Positions 40,340 to 52,188 of a stretch of DNA of 64,000 nucleotides are shown piece after piece; within the stretch, counting starts at the first letter, position 1, and each line of letters opens with the position of its first letter. The notes beneath the pieces were generated by a model, which made no database searches, was not told the DNA's origin, and worked only from the letters and a program-made list of their open reading frames with translations. The translations under genes and the position numbers were made by a program. The stretch comes from Paraspadella gotoi (lineage: Eukaryota > Animalia > Chaetognatha), in the NCBI GenBank assembly GCA_051294375.1, contig CM119263.1:18748628-18812627 (forward strand). Direction: 5' to 3'.

Positions 40340-43300
40340 TTTAACATACGCCTTAGTGTGAGGGTTCGCCCCTCTCTCCACGCCCTCATACCCACTGACT
40401 CACTGCCTATCGACTCATAGATCCACTTGACCTGAAGGTCTGCAGATGAATCTGATGCACGACCCGAAGCAGAAGGACGTAGAGTTCGAATTTCCGCCCA
40501 ATCGTCGCCCGATGCAGGATTCGAGGGCCGTGACCGAGAAGGCAGCCAGGAGAAAGACTTGGATGTGGCGAAGAAGGAATGAATTAATATACTTTGTACC
40601 AATTGAGTTTTTAGAATGATGAATAGGTTAAAAAATATGGAAAAACATTTCAAAAATCCATTCAAGAATCTGTAATAATATTTAAAAAGTAATTTCAATA
40701 CGTCGGTCTACATAACAAAGTGTCCCTATAAACTCGTCTCCTTTGGGCCGCGCATCCAGATCCATCGGCGGGGATCAAACACCCGCGGGAACAGATGAAA
40801 GTTTTTCTCGTCGCAGAGCCGCATAGCCGAAGTTCGGCACCCTGCACGTGGCGTGCCGCGCGGAGTATGCAGGACGGGCTCCGACCCTCTCATCTGGTCA
40901 CGGGAAAAAGAGGAGATAATCCTCTTTTACATAATTCGACAAGCAAATACAGTACGTCTATACATATCCGTTATAAAGATACAAGAAGACAGAGAGATGC
41001 CAGACGCAGCGTCTCTTTGACGACCGCCTTCAACGTAGGACATATTATAGACAAAGACGTTAAGAAAAAAGGAGAAGAACGCAAGAATGAAGTCAGAGAC
41101 CTCGTCGCGAAAGTTGTCATTTTAATGTTGTGGGTGAGGTTGTGATAAGATAGAGAAGAGATTATCGTAATATATATAGAAAAAACACGTTGAAAGAGGA
41201 TATATAAAGATATACTTGATGGCTAGTAATAGCCCACATTAATATATATATATTATGTATTAGATACTAAGATATAACATAGTGACCAACGCAGCACTGG
41301 TTAAGTCACCACCCTCCCATTTTCCCTCAACAAACGCCAGAAAATTTTGATTTTTTCACTCTAGAAACTGAAAGTCGCTTGTTAAATGTAATACGTAGTT
41401 CCCTTCAACTACAGCTGAAAAAGTAAATATAACGATTCTTTTAATCACATATATTGCCAGAAAGTGCAAAAGGTAGAATTTCTCGTTCACCCTTCGGTCG
41501 AGACTCAGTTCGTAGACGCCCCACAAGAGGGTGTTGGCGGTCGTGTCGACGCCTCCCAAGAGCAACTCTGCGATGTTGGCCATCGTCTGCTCGCGAGAGA
41601 ATCCTTCGCGCGACATCATGTAGGACGCCACAGGTTCGGGGCCCGAGGAAGCCGCTTTAGAGAAGCGGGGCGAGTGTCACAGTGTCACCAAAGAATTGAA
41701 ATGTTTAAAATTAAAGCATGGTTAAGATAAAAGTATATAATGGTTATTTTATTGTAAAAAGATTTAAATTTAATGATCAGCTTAAATATTATATTTTTAT
41801 AAATAACGCTTAATCTGAAACATGATGAGCTTTGTAAATTTTATTCAATTATTATCTCACTGCCTTTCTCACCGTTGTCTACGCGGCTGGCGAAGTTCTC
41901 GACGCATTCCGAGGTGACGGCGTTGATGACGTCCCACGCTTCCATGAATCTGCGGTAGAATCTCGAATTCAACCGCTTGTGAAGCTCCAGCCCCATCTCC
42001 AGCATTATCGTCTCTCGTGTCATGTCTTCCACAGCTGAAATTGGAGAATATTTATATGATTAGAACGAAACTTTTTTTTTATCAATTTATGATTCATTAA
42101 CGTCGTCTACCCTTGACGAAATCTTCCGTCCTCTGCGGAGGATGGTCACCAAGGCAACCGAGTCGCGTCCCGAAGAGGACGTTGGCCGTCGACTCCATCG
42201 CCCACTTGTAGACTTCGACGTGTATTCGGTCGATGCAGCCTACCTGGGCGACGGGAGATGAGCCATTAAGTTGAAATGATTTTAAATGTAATCGATTTTA
42301 ATCATTTCTCACCTTTCTGTTATTTTTCGCTAATTTTTCCCATCGATTCACCGCCTCTTTCGCCGTCACGTCAATCTGATTGGACGAAAGGGTCTTGGTC
42401 AGGATTAACAAAACAAAACAAAACTTTTCTTGTCCTGAACATTTAAATTAAAGACCCACCCAGGGAAGAAACTGGTTAACCTCTTGCGGCCGCATTAGTT
42501 TTTTGTTTGAGCTTTGTCGATTACGCCACCTTAAAAAGAAGTACTTTCTGGCTTTAAATTAAAATTGGTACTATATAACTCGATTTTAAAAAAATCTTTC
42601 ACTTTTGAACAAGCCTCCTTTCCTTACCATTCCTCCCCGTCAGCTGTGATGAGGGAGTTAGGAAGATTTCGTTCTCGTCTCCAGTGCTGCCAACTCGTTA
42701 GCGGCAATCTGGAGAAAACAACAAAATAATATATGCATATATGTATTAAACCTTAAATATCCTTAAAAAAAAACCTCGTTCTGTATGTTAACAACAACCT
42801 TCTAGGAAACAAGGCCTCTTTCCTGAAGAGCTCGGCCACCAAGGCGGGGTTGTTGATGGAGACGAGTTTGGTGAAGCCGAGATTGAGATGAATGACGTCA
42901 CCGAAATCCCGATGGTGATCCAGTTGGAGTTGGTGGAGAGAGGTCATGTATTTGGGTCGGAAAACCTGGAGAGGAAATTGGAGACCGTGTAGAAAATAAA
43001 TTCAAATATGAAAAAATGTATGAATTTTAGTATATTAATGATCATTAAATACATATCGTATTTAGTTTGAAAAGGTATAGAGTGATAATAATAGACCAAC
43101 TCTACCGAACCGAAAGTGATAACTATTAAGTTGCGTCATGCGTATATCGAAAGAAAATAAGCAGCCACTAGACGACGAATCTGTTACGACATGTCCGCTT
43201 GCAAAAAGCGAAAACACTGTCACCTGAACGACGCCGCGAATTCCCCGCAATCCCGGCAAACTTTCCGGATTCTCCAGTTTGCCAAATTCCGGCGCTTCCG

Positions 43301-43442
43301 AGGGAAACGGAGATATTTCCCGGTTGTCGCTGCTCTGCAGTTGCTGCTGTCGCTGCGTCGATTTCCTAGAATCGAATGGACAGTCGTGTGGGCGTCGTTT
43401 ACACGCGGACGCGTGGATGGCGCGTCGAAAGTGCGTTGTCAT
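40340..43442 (-). CDS. Cytochrome P450, mitochondrial clan (CYP27/24/12-like); 3' exons frameshifted, 3' end uncertain
   Basis: Eight in-frame exons (43442-43224, 42965-42799, 42708-42628, 42529-42460, 42375-42313, 42243-42111, 42034-41873, 41654-41491). Arg-rich presequence-like N-terminus with no TM anchor; DGEEWWRNR (C-helix); KWAMES..VLFGTRLGCL; I-helix ELLLGGVDTTANT. Downstream: K-helix LKAVVKETLRL (~41033-41001), FDPRRW (~40780-40762) and heme motif WLP[F]GHGPR[S]CIGRR (~40548-40502, Cys codon 40516-40514) broken by single-base insertions. Confidence 0.85.
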
Positions 43443-45916
43443 GGAGACGCGAAGAAATGCTTTTGCTGGATTTTAATCGGAGTGTTATGATTGTCACTTA
43501 ATTATGATTATTTTTTCTGTGTAAAATCCCAAATTATCTGTATCTTGCATTAGTTTTACAACATTCAAAAAGTTTTTAATAATTTCTTTGGCTAATTTAG
43601 TGTTAATTTAGCTGAATTATTTTTTCTTTCTTGAACGATGGTTTTTGGTCGATGAGGATAGGAGAAAAAGAAACAATAATAATGAAAAACATACGAAGCT
43701 CAATAATATAAGACGAATAAGGAGCAAACCAAGCGCATTTTCTCCACATGGATCATTAACGAAATCCTAAACATATTAATAAGCGTGGCTGAAAATCAGT
43801 TTCCGACTTCTTTAGATCGTAGCGTATATATTTTTTATAATTTTTTTCCGAGAAAACGTGAGAAAAAAAAATTTTATGCGTCTTTGCTCTGAGGATGACG
43901 TTTTTCTTAGAAATAGAAAACGAAGAATAATCGATATATGGGATTGTGTTTCGTTGCGAGATCGGCGAAACTCGGCGGGAGGCAAAGAAGAGCGCCTCAC
44001 GAGACGAGAAGTTGATGTGATTCTTTTGCCTCTGTTGCCACCGTTCCACTTTTTCTCTCTCTCGATAACTTAAGTTATTTTTTTAGGCCGAGAACTCGAG
44101 TCAGGTTGACCACAATTGTATAGCTTGAAGGTTGGGCCGCATTGAAGATGACTCGAGCGGAATCCCGCGGCGGAGAAAAGCCTTCTTAACTTCGAAATAA
44201 AAGAGCATTTGCCGACGGGGGACGAAAGATATATATAGGACGATTTGACTATTGCAATTTTTCTAAATTTATTAAAGATATTTGTCGGTATGTAATATTT
44301 CAATACGGCTTGATTCTACTTTTACCCGATTTAACCGATTCAATTGATGGCTCCAACTTTTTTATTTATTTTATTCATTCACTATCTCTTTTTTATCTTT
44401 TTAAATACAACATTTCTCTTGTATGTTTTAAAAACTCTCGTAAAAAAATAGTTAATTCTGAGGTCGACAGGCCGTTTATTTATTATTTTACCTTTACTGT
44501 ATTCATTTAAATACTAAAGATGTTTTTGTTTCCCCACTTCCAGCTCTACTAGGTGACTCTAGAGAGACTCAATGCTTTCGGCAAAAACTGTTTTGAAACA
44601 GAAGAGCAGCGTTTGACGCGGGGGAGGACGGGATTACCCATTCCCAATTGAGAAGACAAAATCCGGAGTTTTCAAAGGGATTACATGTTATTATGAAGTC
44701 AGCTTTCGAAATAAACTATTTCCCTAAGAAATAGAGAAATGCCGTCATAAATATGATTCCGAAAAAGGGGAAACCGCAAAACTCCGTGAAAGGATTTCGA
44801 ACAATTAGTCTCTTGAGCTGGGTAAATTATACAAACACTTTATCCGGGATTCAATCTTGAAGCATATGGATATCAAAATTATAAAAAACCCTATTCAAGC
44901 AGGTTTCTGTCGAGGTCGATCCACTCAGGAACACTTGATTAGATTGTCGGAAGATATTATGAGAGGGTTTCAAAAAGATAAAATAACAGTTGCAATCTTT
45001 CATGATGTGGAAGATGCCTTTAACAGAGTTTGGCATGATGGTTTGATTATAAAGATGAAGGAACTGGGCTTTCCAGACAGTCTCATTCAACTAATTGACT
45101 CATATCTTACAAATAGATTTGTTACAGTTAGGATCGGAGATAGTAACTCGAGAAAAATTTACATGTCTTGTGGTTGTCCGCAAGGAGGAATTATATCACC
45201 AGACCTCTTCTCTATTTACGTATTCGATATCACCAATAAGGTTCCGAAGATAGTAGAGAATAGTCAATTTGCGGATGATACGGCAAACTGGGTTACAGAA
45301 GTGTCCTTGGAGTTGTGTCAATTTGAAATGAAGAGGACAATGGATGCGATCCAGAGGTGGTGCAGTAAATGGCGCCTTAAATTAGCTCCAGATAAATGTC
45401 AGTTAATTATTTTTTCAAGGAGACGAAGAGCGTTGTTCGGTAGTCTGGACTTAGAATTATTTGGGGTTAAAATTGGGATTGTTCAGGAAGCAATTTTTTT
45501 AGGGGTTCCCTTCGATAGTAAATTAAAGGGGAATACTCACATTAATAATTTATGTAAACGTACGATACAGAGATGTGGAGTATTGTCCAAATTACGATTT
45601 AAATGCAAATATCTGAGTACTAAAATTATGTTAGAACTTTATAAGGTATTCGTTATTTCACTGTTAGAGTATAGCATGAGCTGTTTTTGTACTATTTTCT
45701 AACTCTCTAAGGAATAAATTAGAGACAGTTGAATTTAGATTTTTAAAAAGCATATCTAATGTACCAAGATCAATGTCAAATTTCTTAGTTTTGGAATTAT
45801 TTGGGTTTAAAACCATTGCGTATTAGAATAATTAAGAGGGCACATTTGCAAATGCGAGGTTTGATTGAAAAAACGCCCCTTTTACCTAAATATATTGAAA
45901 ACATGAATGATTTATA

Positions 45917-46156
45917 GGGCGGGCAGAAGGGCAATATTGAAGAGGCTGGTTTTACAGGCGCCCACACCCGCAGCGGTGTCACCTCGTGGCGACAGCGAGA
46001 CAGCATGTTCATGTAGTCCAGAGCTTTGAATCTGGCAGTAGGCCCATGCCTACAGGCGGGTTACCCGGTCCATCCACTTTCTACATGACAACCTCAGGGC
46101 TCGAACCAGGACGCACATTGGGATGGTGCATTAGTCCACTGAGCCACTGAGGCCGC
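45917..46156 (-). mobile_element. tRNA-derived SINE-like element (related to family A) nested antisense in the LINE 3' part
   Basis: Minus-strand head GCGGCCTCAGTGGCTCAGTGG...GGTTCGAGCCC (A and B boxes, 46156-46089); shares TAACCCGCCTGTA with family A. The 3' boundary is approximate. Confidence 0.75.
46010..46087 (-). ncRNA. Type-P5 twister-ribozyme-like motif
   Basis: P5 CATGTAG/CTACATG; AAA-GTG-GA-TGG..TAA-CCC-GC; P3 GTAGGC/GCCTAC; P4 CCAGA/TCTGG; loop TTCA-AAG-C (TCA pairs with TGG); one P2 mismatch. Confidence 0.65.
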
Positions 46157-47738
46157 TGTGAAAGTAACAGCTTTAATCCATCTGTGGTGTAGGACCACCA
46201 GAATATGTCCCTTCGAATTTTTAAGTGAAGTACCTAATAATTTTCCTTTGTAAAAGTTTTTTTTCTGTTCTAAATCTTAAGATTTAACCCTGTTCTCTTT
46301 GTATAGGATACTGTTTGTATTTGAAAAGAGTTATGAAAAGATTCAATTACAGACTTCAGTAAAAGATACGGATTTAGAAATGAATTGAAAATTCCTTTTC
46401 ACCTGTTCGGTGCCGTAATACTTTGACCAAATTTGTTTCCGATGATAACTATTGTTCTCGTTATGCTGTGATTAATTGTAAACCTGTCTGTGATTATTTG
46501 TAACTGCGACCCATGGCCTACCCCGGCCCGTCCTTTTTGAATAAATCTAATCTAATCTAATCTCGTCTCTGAGACAAAATTAGTATTATGTCGTGAATAC
46601 TCGTCAAATCTCCCAACTGACAGTAGAAAGATTTTTTTAATATAGAAACTTTGACAAAATCAACAAACAATCAAAAAAAAATATAACACGAATCAACTAA
46701 AACTTTATCTTAAGAATACATAATCTAACGAAAATAATATCTTAGGTACTATCAATCGTCACATTCATGACAAGACATGACATTTAAATTAATTATGGAG
46801 AAACCAAAATGGACACTTCTGACTTAACTTAAAATCTGATTTGAATTATTGGCTCGGAATATAATGTTCATTATTGGAACATATATATGGGATTTTTTTA
46901 GCAGTGAAAATTTGACGATGCACGTACAATCGAAATCAACCTAGTTGTAGACTTGTTCTTAAAATTGCTATTTTTGGTTTTTGTTGTACATAAGTATTCA
47001 AGAACGTATGTTTTACTCTTCCCGGCTTTGTCTCTGAAAATCATTGAAGCGCTCACCAGGAAATTTGCAGAGAGAAAATATTCCTCCTCTCTCTCTCACT
47101 TTCTCTTTTGTCTCGTTTATTTTTCCCACCTCTGTCCTTCTTGATGTTTTGCTCCTTCACTTTTCCTCCTCTTTTTCTGTTTTGTGGAAGTCCTCGATAA
47201 CAGAAACTTTTGCACAGCTTAGTACTGAATTATAATTTTATGTTCCCTTCTTAAAGAATAGTTTAATTTATACTTTCAGTATTTATTACTAGAAATACAC
47301 AAAATTCTAACCGTGTTCAAGTTAAGCCACGTGCAATACCTGCCACTGCCAATGCCAATGCCACTGTCCGTCTCTGTCTGTCAACGTCCGTCCAGTTCTG
47401 ACCGGAAGGGACTTTGTCGCCTTGTTTGTTCCTTTGTCTTCGGCAGAGGCGGTAATTAGCGTCGCGGGAGGATGAAGAGGAGGAGGAGGAGGAGGAGGAG
47501 GAAGATAAGATGAGGAGGACGTTTTTATCCGTTGATTGGATTCGAAGAGTTGACTTTTATCTCGTCACGAATGGTGGAGCTAAGAGAAGAACGAAGTGAG
47601 GAGCGAGGGGAGCAAGAGAGAAACTGTTTACAAGAAAAAGGAGTTTTAAGGTGATAGGAGCAGAAGGAATATTGTTTATCGCCCACAATGGGAGATAGGA
47701 GCAGCATGGAGAACGAGTGGAGCAAGATTGATAGATTT

Positions 47739-47787
<49 letters not shown>

Positions 47788-47803
47788 GAGAGGAAAGAGT
47801 ATG

Positions 47804-47837
<34 letters not shown>

Positions 47838-48123
47838 GAGGAGAGAGAGAGAGAGAGAGAGAGAGAAGAGAGATGAGAGAGAAGCGAGATGAGAGAGAAG
47901 AGAGAGATAGAAGAAGCCAAAAAAAAAATAGAAAAAAGAAAAAATGGAGATAGGACACAGATTAGAAAGAGAGGAGAAAAATGGAGTCTGAATGAGGAAG
48001 AAATGAAGGCTGAGAGGAAAAGAAATTACGGGCACAATAACTCACAAGTGGTTGAGTGAAAAGAGAGTGAGAGAGTGAAAGGGAAAGAGAATGAGAAGAG
48101 AAAGGGAGAGAGAGTGAGAGAGT

Positions 48124-48165
<42 letters not shown>

Positions 48166-48260
48166 GATCTCGGTCGATATTCGGCAATAATTAACATTAC
48201 ATGGTCATCCCGGCGCGAAAACGATTTTCTTTCCCCATTGGAAAGGAAAGAAAGAAAGAG

Positions 48261-48314
<54 letters not shown>

Positions 48315-50209
48315 AGAGAGAGAGTAGAAAGATGTGAATAGAGAGAGAACGTGTAAGTTGTGATGCAGAAATGCTTTACCGTACTGAAAAAATTAAAAAG
48401 CGATTCTCGTCATCATATAATTATAACTAAGTTTAGAAGAATGAAATATTCCTCTTCTTCAGATAATTTAAAAAACGATAATCATTATTGTTAGCCCTAA
48501 AGAGAACTGATAACGCGCTTTCCTCTCCGAAGCCAGGCGAGATCTCTGCTTCCGCGAATTCGAAAAAAAGGAGAAATATAATGACGACAAAAAATCTAAA
48601 AATAAAGATCGATGAAAAAAGTCTGTGGAGATGAAATAGAGAACGGAGGTAAGAGACGAAACAATTTGAACGAAAAATACGGAAGAGAAAACAATAAAAG
48701 TTAAGATATTAAAAAACTGAATAATAAAACGAAAATAAAATGGAAATTGAAGCCACACGGTTAAAAAAAACGGATAAGAGAAATGGATGAAAACGATGGA
48801 TAAAAAAAAACGGAAAAGATTGAAGGAAAAATTTATTGAGGGAAAAAGATGAAAAAAAAGGAGATAGAATCTTGGGAAAAGCCGTCCAACTTTTTGACAC
48901 ACAAGTGGAATCCCGCCTTTTGTCGTTTCTATGGACGATGTGTCGTCCGCTCGTCGTCGCTGTCAGCGTCGTCGTTGTCGTCCGTCAGTCGTCGTCCGTG
49001 CGTCGTCGATTCTTTAGTCATCACTCGTCGAATTCCACAATCATTCGTATTTCCTAGGCGTTTAACATTCGTTCCTGTTTCCTGTCTGTTTGGTCAGATT
49101 TTAACTTTTATTAACTCTAGTTTTTATACCGAGTGGAAAGTTTTGTTTTAACAACGATCATATTCGTCACAGTCAAAAACAAAATCGCTAAAATTTTGTC
49201 CCCTCTGGCTCTACTCTTTATTAAGGCGATCGTCCTTTTCTGGCGGAGCAAGTACATCTGAACAGCATAATTTACGGGTAAACGTGTGGATTTTTTTTCT
49301 TCACATTTTTTGAACAGAATGATGTCCTCGTTGTCATCAAAATATCATAATTAAAAAAAATTAATCTTGAAGCTTGGATCATAAATGCATTTCATCCAAT
49401 TTTCTTTGTCTTAATCTCTTGTAGTAGCGTCACGTCGGCTACAACGTCGTCGTTGTTCAGTCTCCGCTCGGTGACCGTAGTAGTTCGTCGTCATCGTCGT
49501 CATCCGTCGTCTTTCTCGTCGTTTTGCTTTCCTACGCCGGTTGTCATCCTCGTCATCCTATTCATAAATATTCATGAGATTCGCGAACTCGGTCAAAATT
49601 TTTTGTTCCCAGGGATTTTTTTTCCAATGGGAATTTAAACTCCGCGAAATATTTTTTTTTTCTGGAAAGAGAAGATAAAAACAGTCGAAGCATTTTGATA
49701 AATTATTGGCATTTAATTTCCGTTCGCTCTGGCGATTTTTTTGGTTATTTCTTATCTTTGTTGAGAAAAGGTTCTTAATTCTTCTTTATTTTTCTTTTTT
49801 TTTCCCCTTTTTTTCTTTTTCCAATCTTTCTTTAAAGAAATATCTTCAATCGATGCTTTTTCTCTTTCTCTCTCTCTCTCTCATCCTCTCTCTCTCTCGT
49901 CTCTCTCTCTCTCTCTCTCTCTCTCCTCCTCCGTCTCTCTAGAGCTCTCTCTCTACTCCTTTTTCGCAACATCGATTCATACTGTCGCTTTCCAGTATAT
50001 CGCAGCGTTCCCATCGCAGTCTTATTATTTCAACCACTAGTTATTTCCTCTCTTTGCCCATTATTTTTTTTCACTTTGTCTGTTTTCCGTTTTGTGTTAT
50101 CCTCCTTCTTTTCTTTCTGTTCCCCTACTTTTTTCTCTTTTTTTTCCTTCATTCTTGGGTTACCTTCTTCCCTCTTGATCTCCGTCTTTTACCTCCGCCT
50201 CGCTTCTCT

Positions 50210-50248
<39 letters not shown>

Positions 50249-52151
50249 GCTCTTCTCTCTCTTCTCTCTCTCTCCTCGTCATCATCTCGTCTCTCTCTCG
50301 ACGAAAACATTGGCGAAGCTCGGCGCGGAAAAAGAATGGGGCTCGAGAGCGTCAAGGCGTTCCGCGCGAATTTCGCCGCGAAATCGAGGGCGGGAACAAT
50401 TTTTAACGAGATTCCTATCCCTTGAACTCGAGAGGAAAAAACTCGCGCCGTCGAAGAGAAACTGGATTGGTTATTTGGATTGCCATTCGATTGACGATTC
50501 AACGATCATTGCACGTTGTGCTTTTGGGTTGAGTACTCAATTTCGTCGGTGATTGATGTTGATTAAACTGATGTTTTGGATAGATATTTTTTTCGCGTAG
50601 AATAATTGTTTCAAAGTATCTTTTTTTTTAATTAGCTTAAATTAATGATTAAATGTCCTATTTACCCTGTGACTTTTCATTCATTCACTCGGGATTTCCA
50701 AATATGGCCACTGTATTAAATTGATTTTCAAGAATCTATAAATAAATTACGGTCATGAAACCCCAACTAACAGACAATAAATCCCGATCTCGGCTCATAT
50801 TTTTCGAAAAGAAAAGATCATAACTTGGCATAAAAACGGTAATTTCGGAAATTTCAAATAAAAAAATAGGATTCCATAAAAAAGAAACTTGTTTTTTTTT
50901 TTCTTTCTCGAAGGGAATAAATAAGTCGTAAAAAAAGCTCAGGTGTTCCGGAAGCAGAACGTCGGAGTCAATAAATTCAAAAAGAACCGAAATTTTCGTT
51001 CCCGTCGCAGTTTTCAACTCGAAATAAAAAAACAAGGGAGTAAAAAATATTTTTTGAGAAAAAATGTTAGTCAAAAATCAAGACGCCTTGCAACATCTGC
51101 GATCTTTTTGCTTAAAGCTTCCGTTCGTCGTTGTCGGTCGTCGGTTTTAAAGGTTAAAATTGGATGAAGCAATTTGAAGCCGAGATTGCGCATAGGAAAG
51201 TAAGAGACGAACGCAGAAATGGACTAAAATATAATTTTAATGTTTTGGGCCAACGCTAAAATTGAACTGAATAATCAATTAAAAATAGTTTTTATAATAC
51301 TGAGTGCTCATTGGCAAGAGGTTTTAATAGCATTTTTTGGATGCAAAAACGAAAAAACTGAAAAGGGGAAAACGGGATTTTTGGTATGAATGGAAAAAAG
51401 AAATAAATATCTAAAATATCATTCCTGAAACTATATTTAAGTATTTAAAATCTATTGTTATCAGGCCTTTACAACTGATTTTAATCTTTTATCCCTCATC
51501 TTTTCAACTCTCTTTAATTTCACTTTTATGTTTCCCCTCTCCCTATTGTAAATTTTCCATTCGCTCCCCTATTTAATTTCCATTCATTGTTTTTCCGTAC
51601 CCATCAAATTTCCATTATTCAACGTCGAATTCTCAGAACGTTTAACTTCTTCGTTGTATCGAACTTTATTTTCTCTCTTTTCTTTTGTTCTTACTTTCTT
51701 TTTTTTTCTTTCAAAAATCCTCTCTTTATTTCCTCTCTTTGTTTCGACTCCTTTAGCGCATTTTCCTTAACTCGATTCTTTGACCTTTCCCTTCTTTTTC
51801 ATTTTTCTTCTTTTCGTCTCTTTCCTTTTTTTCTTTCCTCCTTTAATCTTTTTCACTCTTTCCCTCAATTTTTATCTCATCTCTCGTTTCTCTGACCACC
51901 CAGTCTTCTCTTATCTTTTCTTTAAAAACACGATTGGAAAAAAATAGAGAAGAAAATAGTCCCTTTCCCTCTTTTTTTCCTCCTCCTTCTCCTCCTCCTT
52001 TCTCCTTTCTTCGGATCTCTGCTCCTCTCTTCGTTTCCTTCGATAAGTTCTCCTCCTCATCCTTCTCTTCGGTCACTTCTCTTCCTCGCTCAGCAACGTC
52101 TCTCATGCTGGATGTCGTCGACTACCTTTTGCTTCTCTGCTCCTCTCTCTC

Positions 52152-52188
<37 letters not shown>

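Larger units (their letters stand above)
44690..46563 (+). mobile_element. 5'-truncated, decayed non-LTR retrotransposon (LINE; Jockey/I-group-like RT)
   Basis: RT motifs IPKKGK..FRTISLLS (~44755-44818, preceded by an in-frame stop), QAGFCRGRST, AIFHDVEDAFNRVWHDGL, GCPQGGIISPDLF, QFADD (ORF 44857-45702). Apparent 3' end AATAAA-(TCTAA)n at ~46540-46563. Confidence 0.9.

Noticed and set aside
40340-43442. P450 as a CYP74-clan allene oxide synthase partner of the LOX
   Set aside because: It keeps GGVDTT and a standard-length FxxGxRxCxG loop (once insertions are discounted), without the CYP74 insertion; motifs fit the mitochondrial clan.
45975-46000. GTC-ACCTCGT-GGC as an HDV-like ribozyme P3/L3
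   Set aside because: No matching P1, P1.1 or P2 found; it is a simple hairpin in the SINE body.
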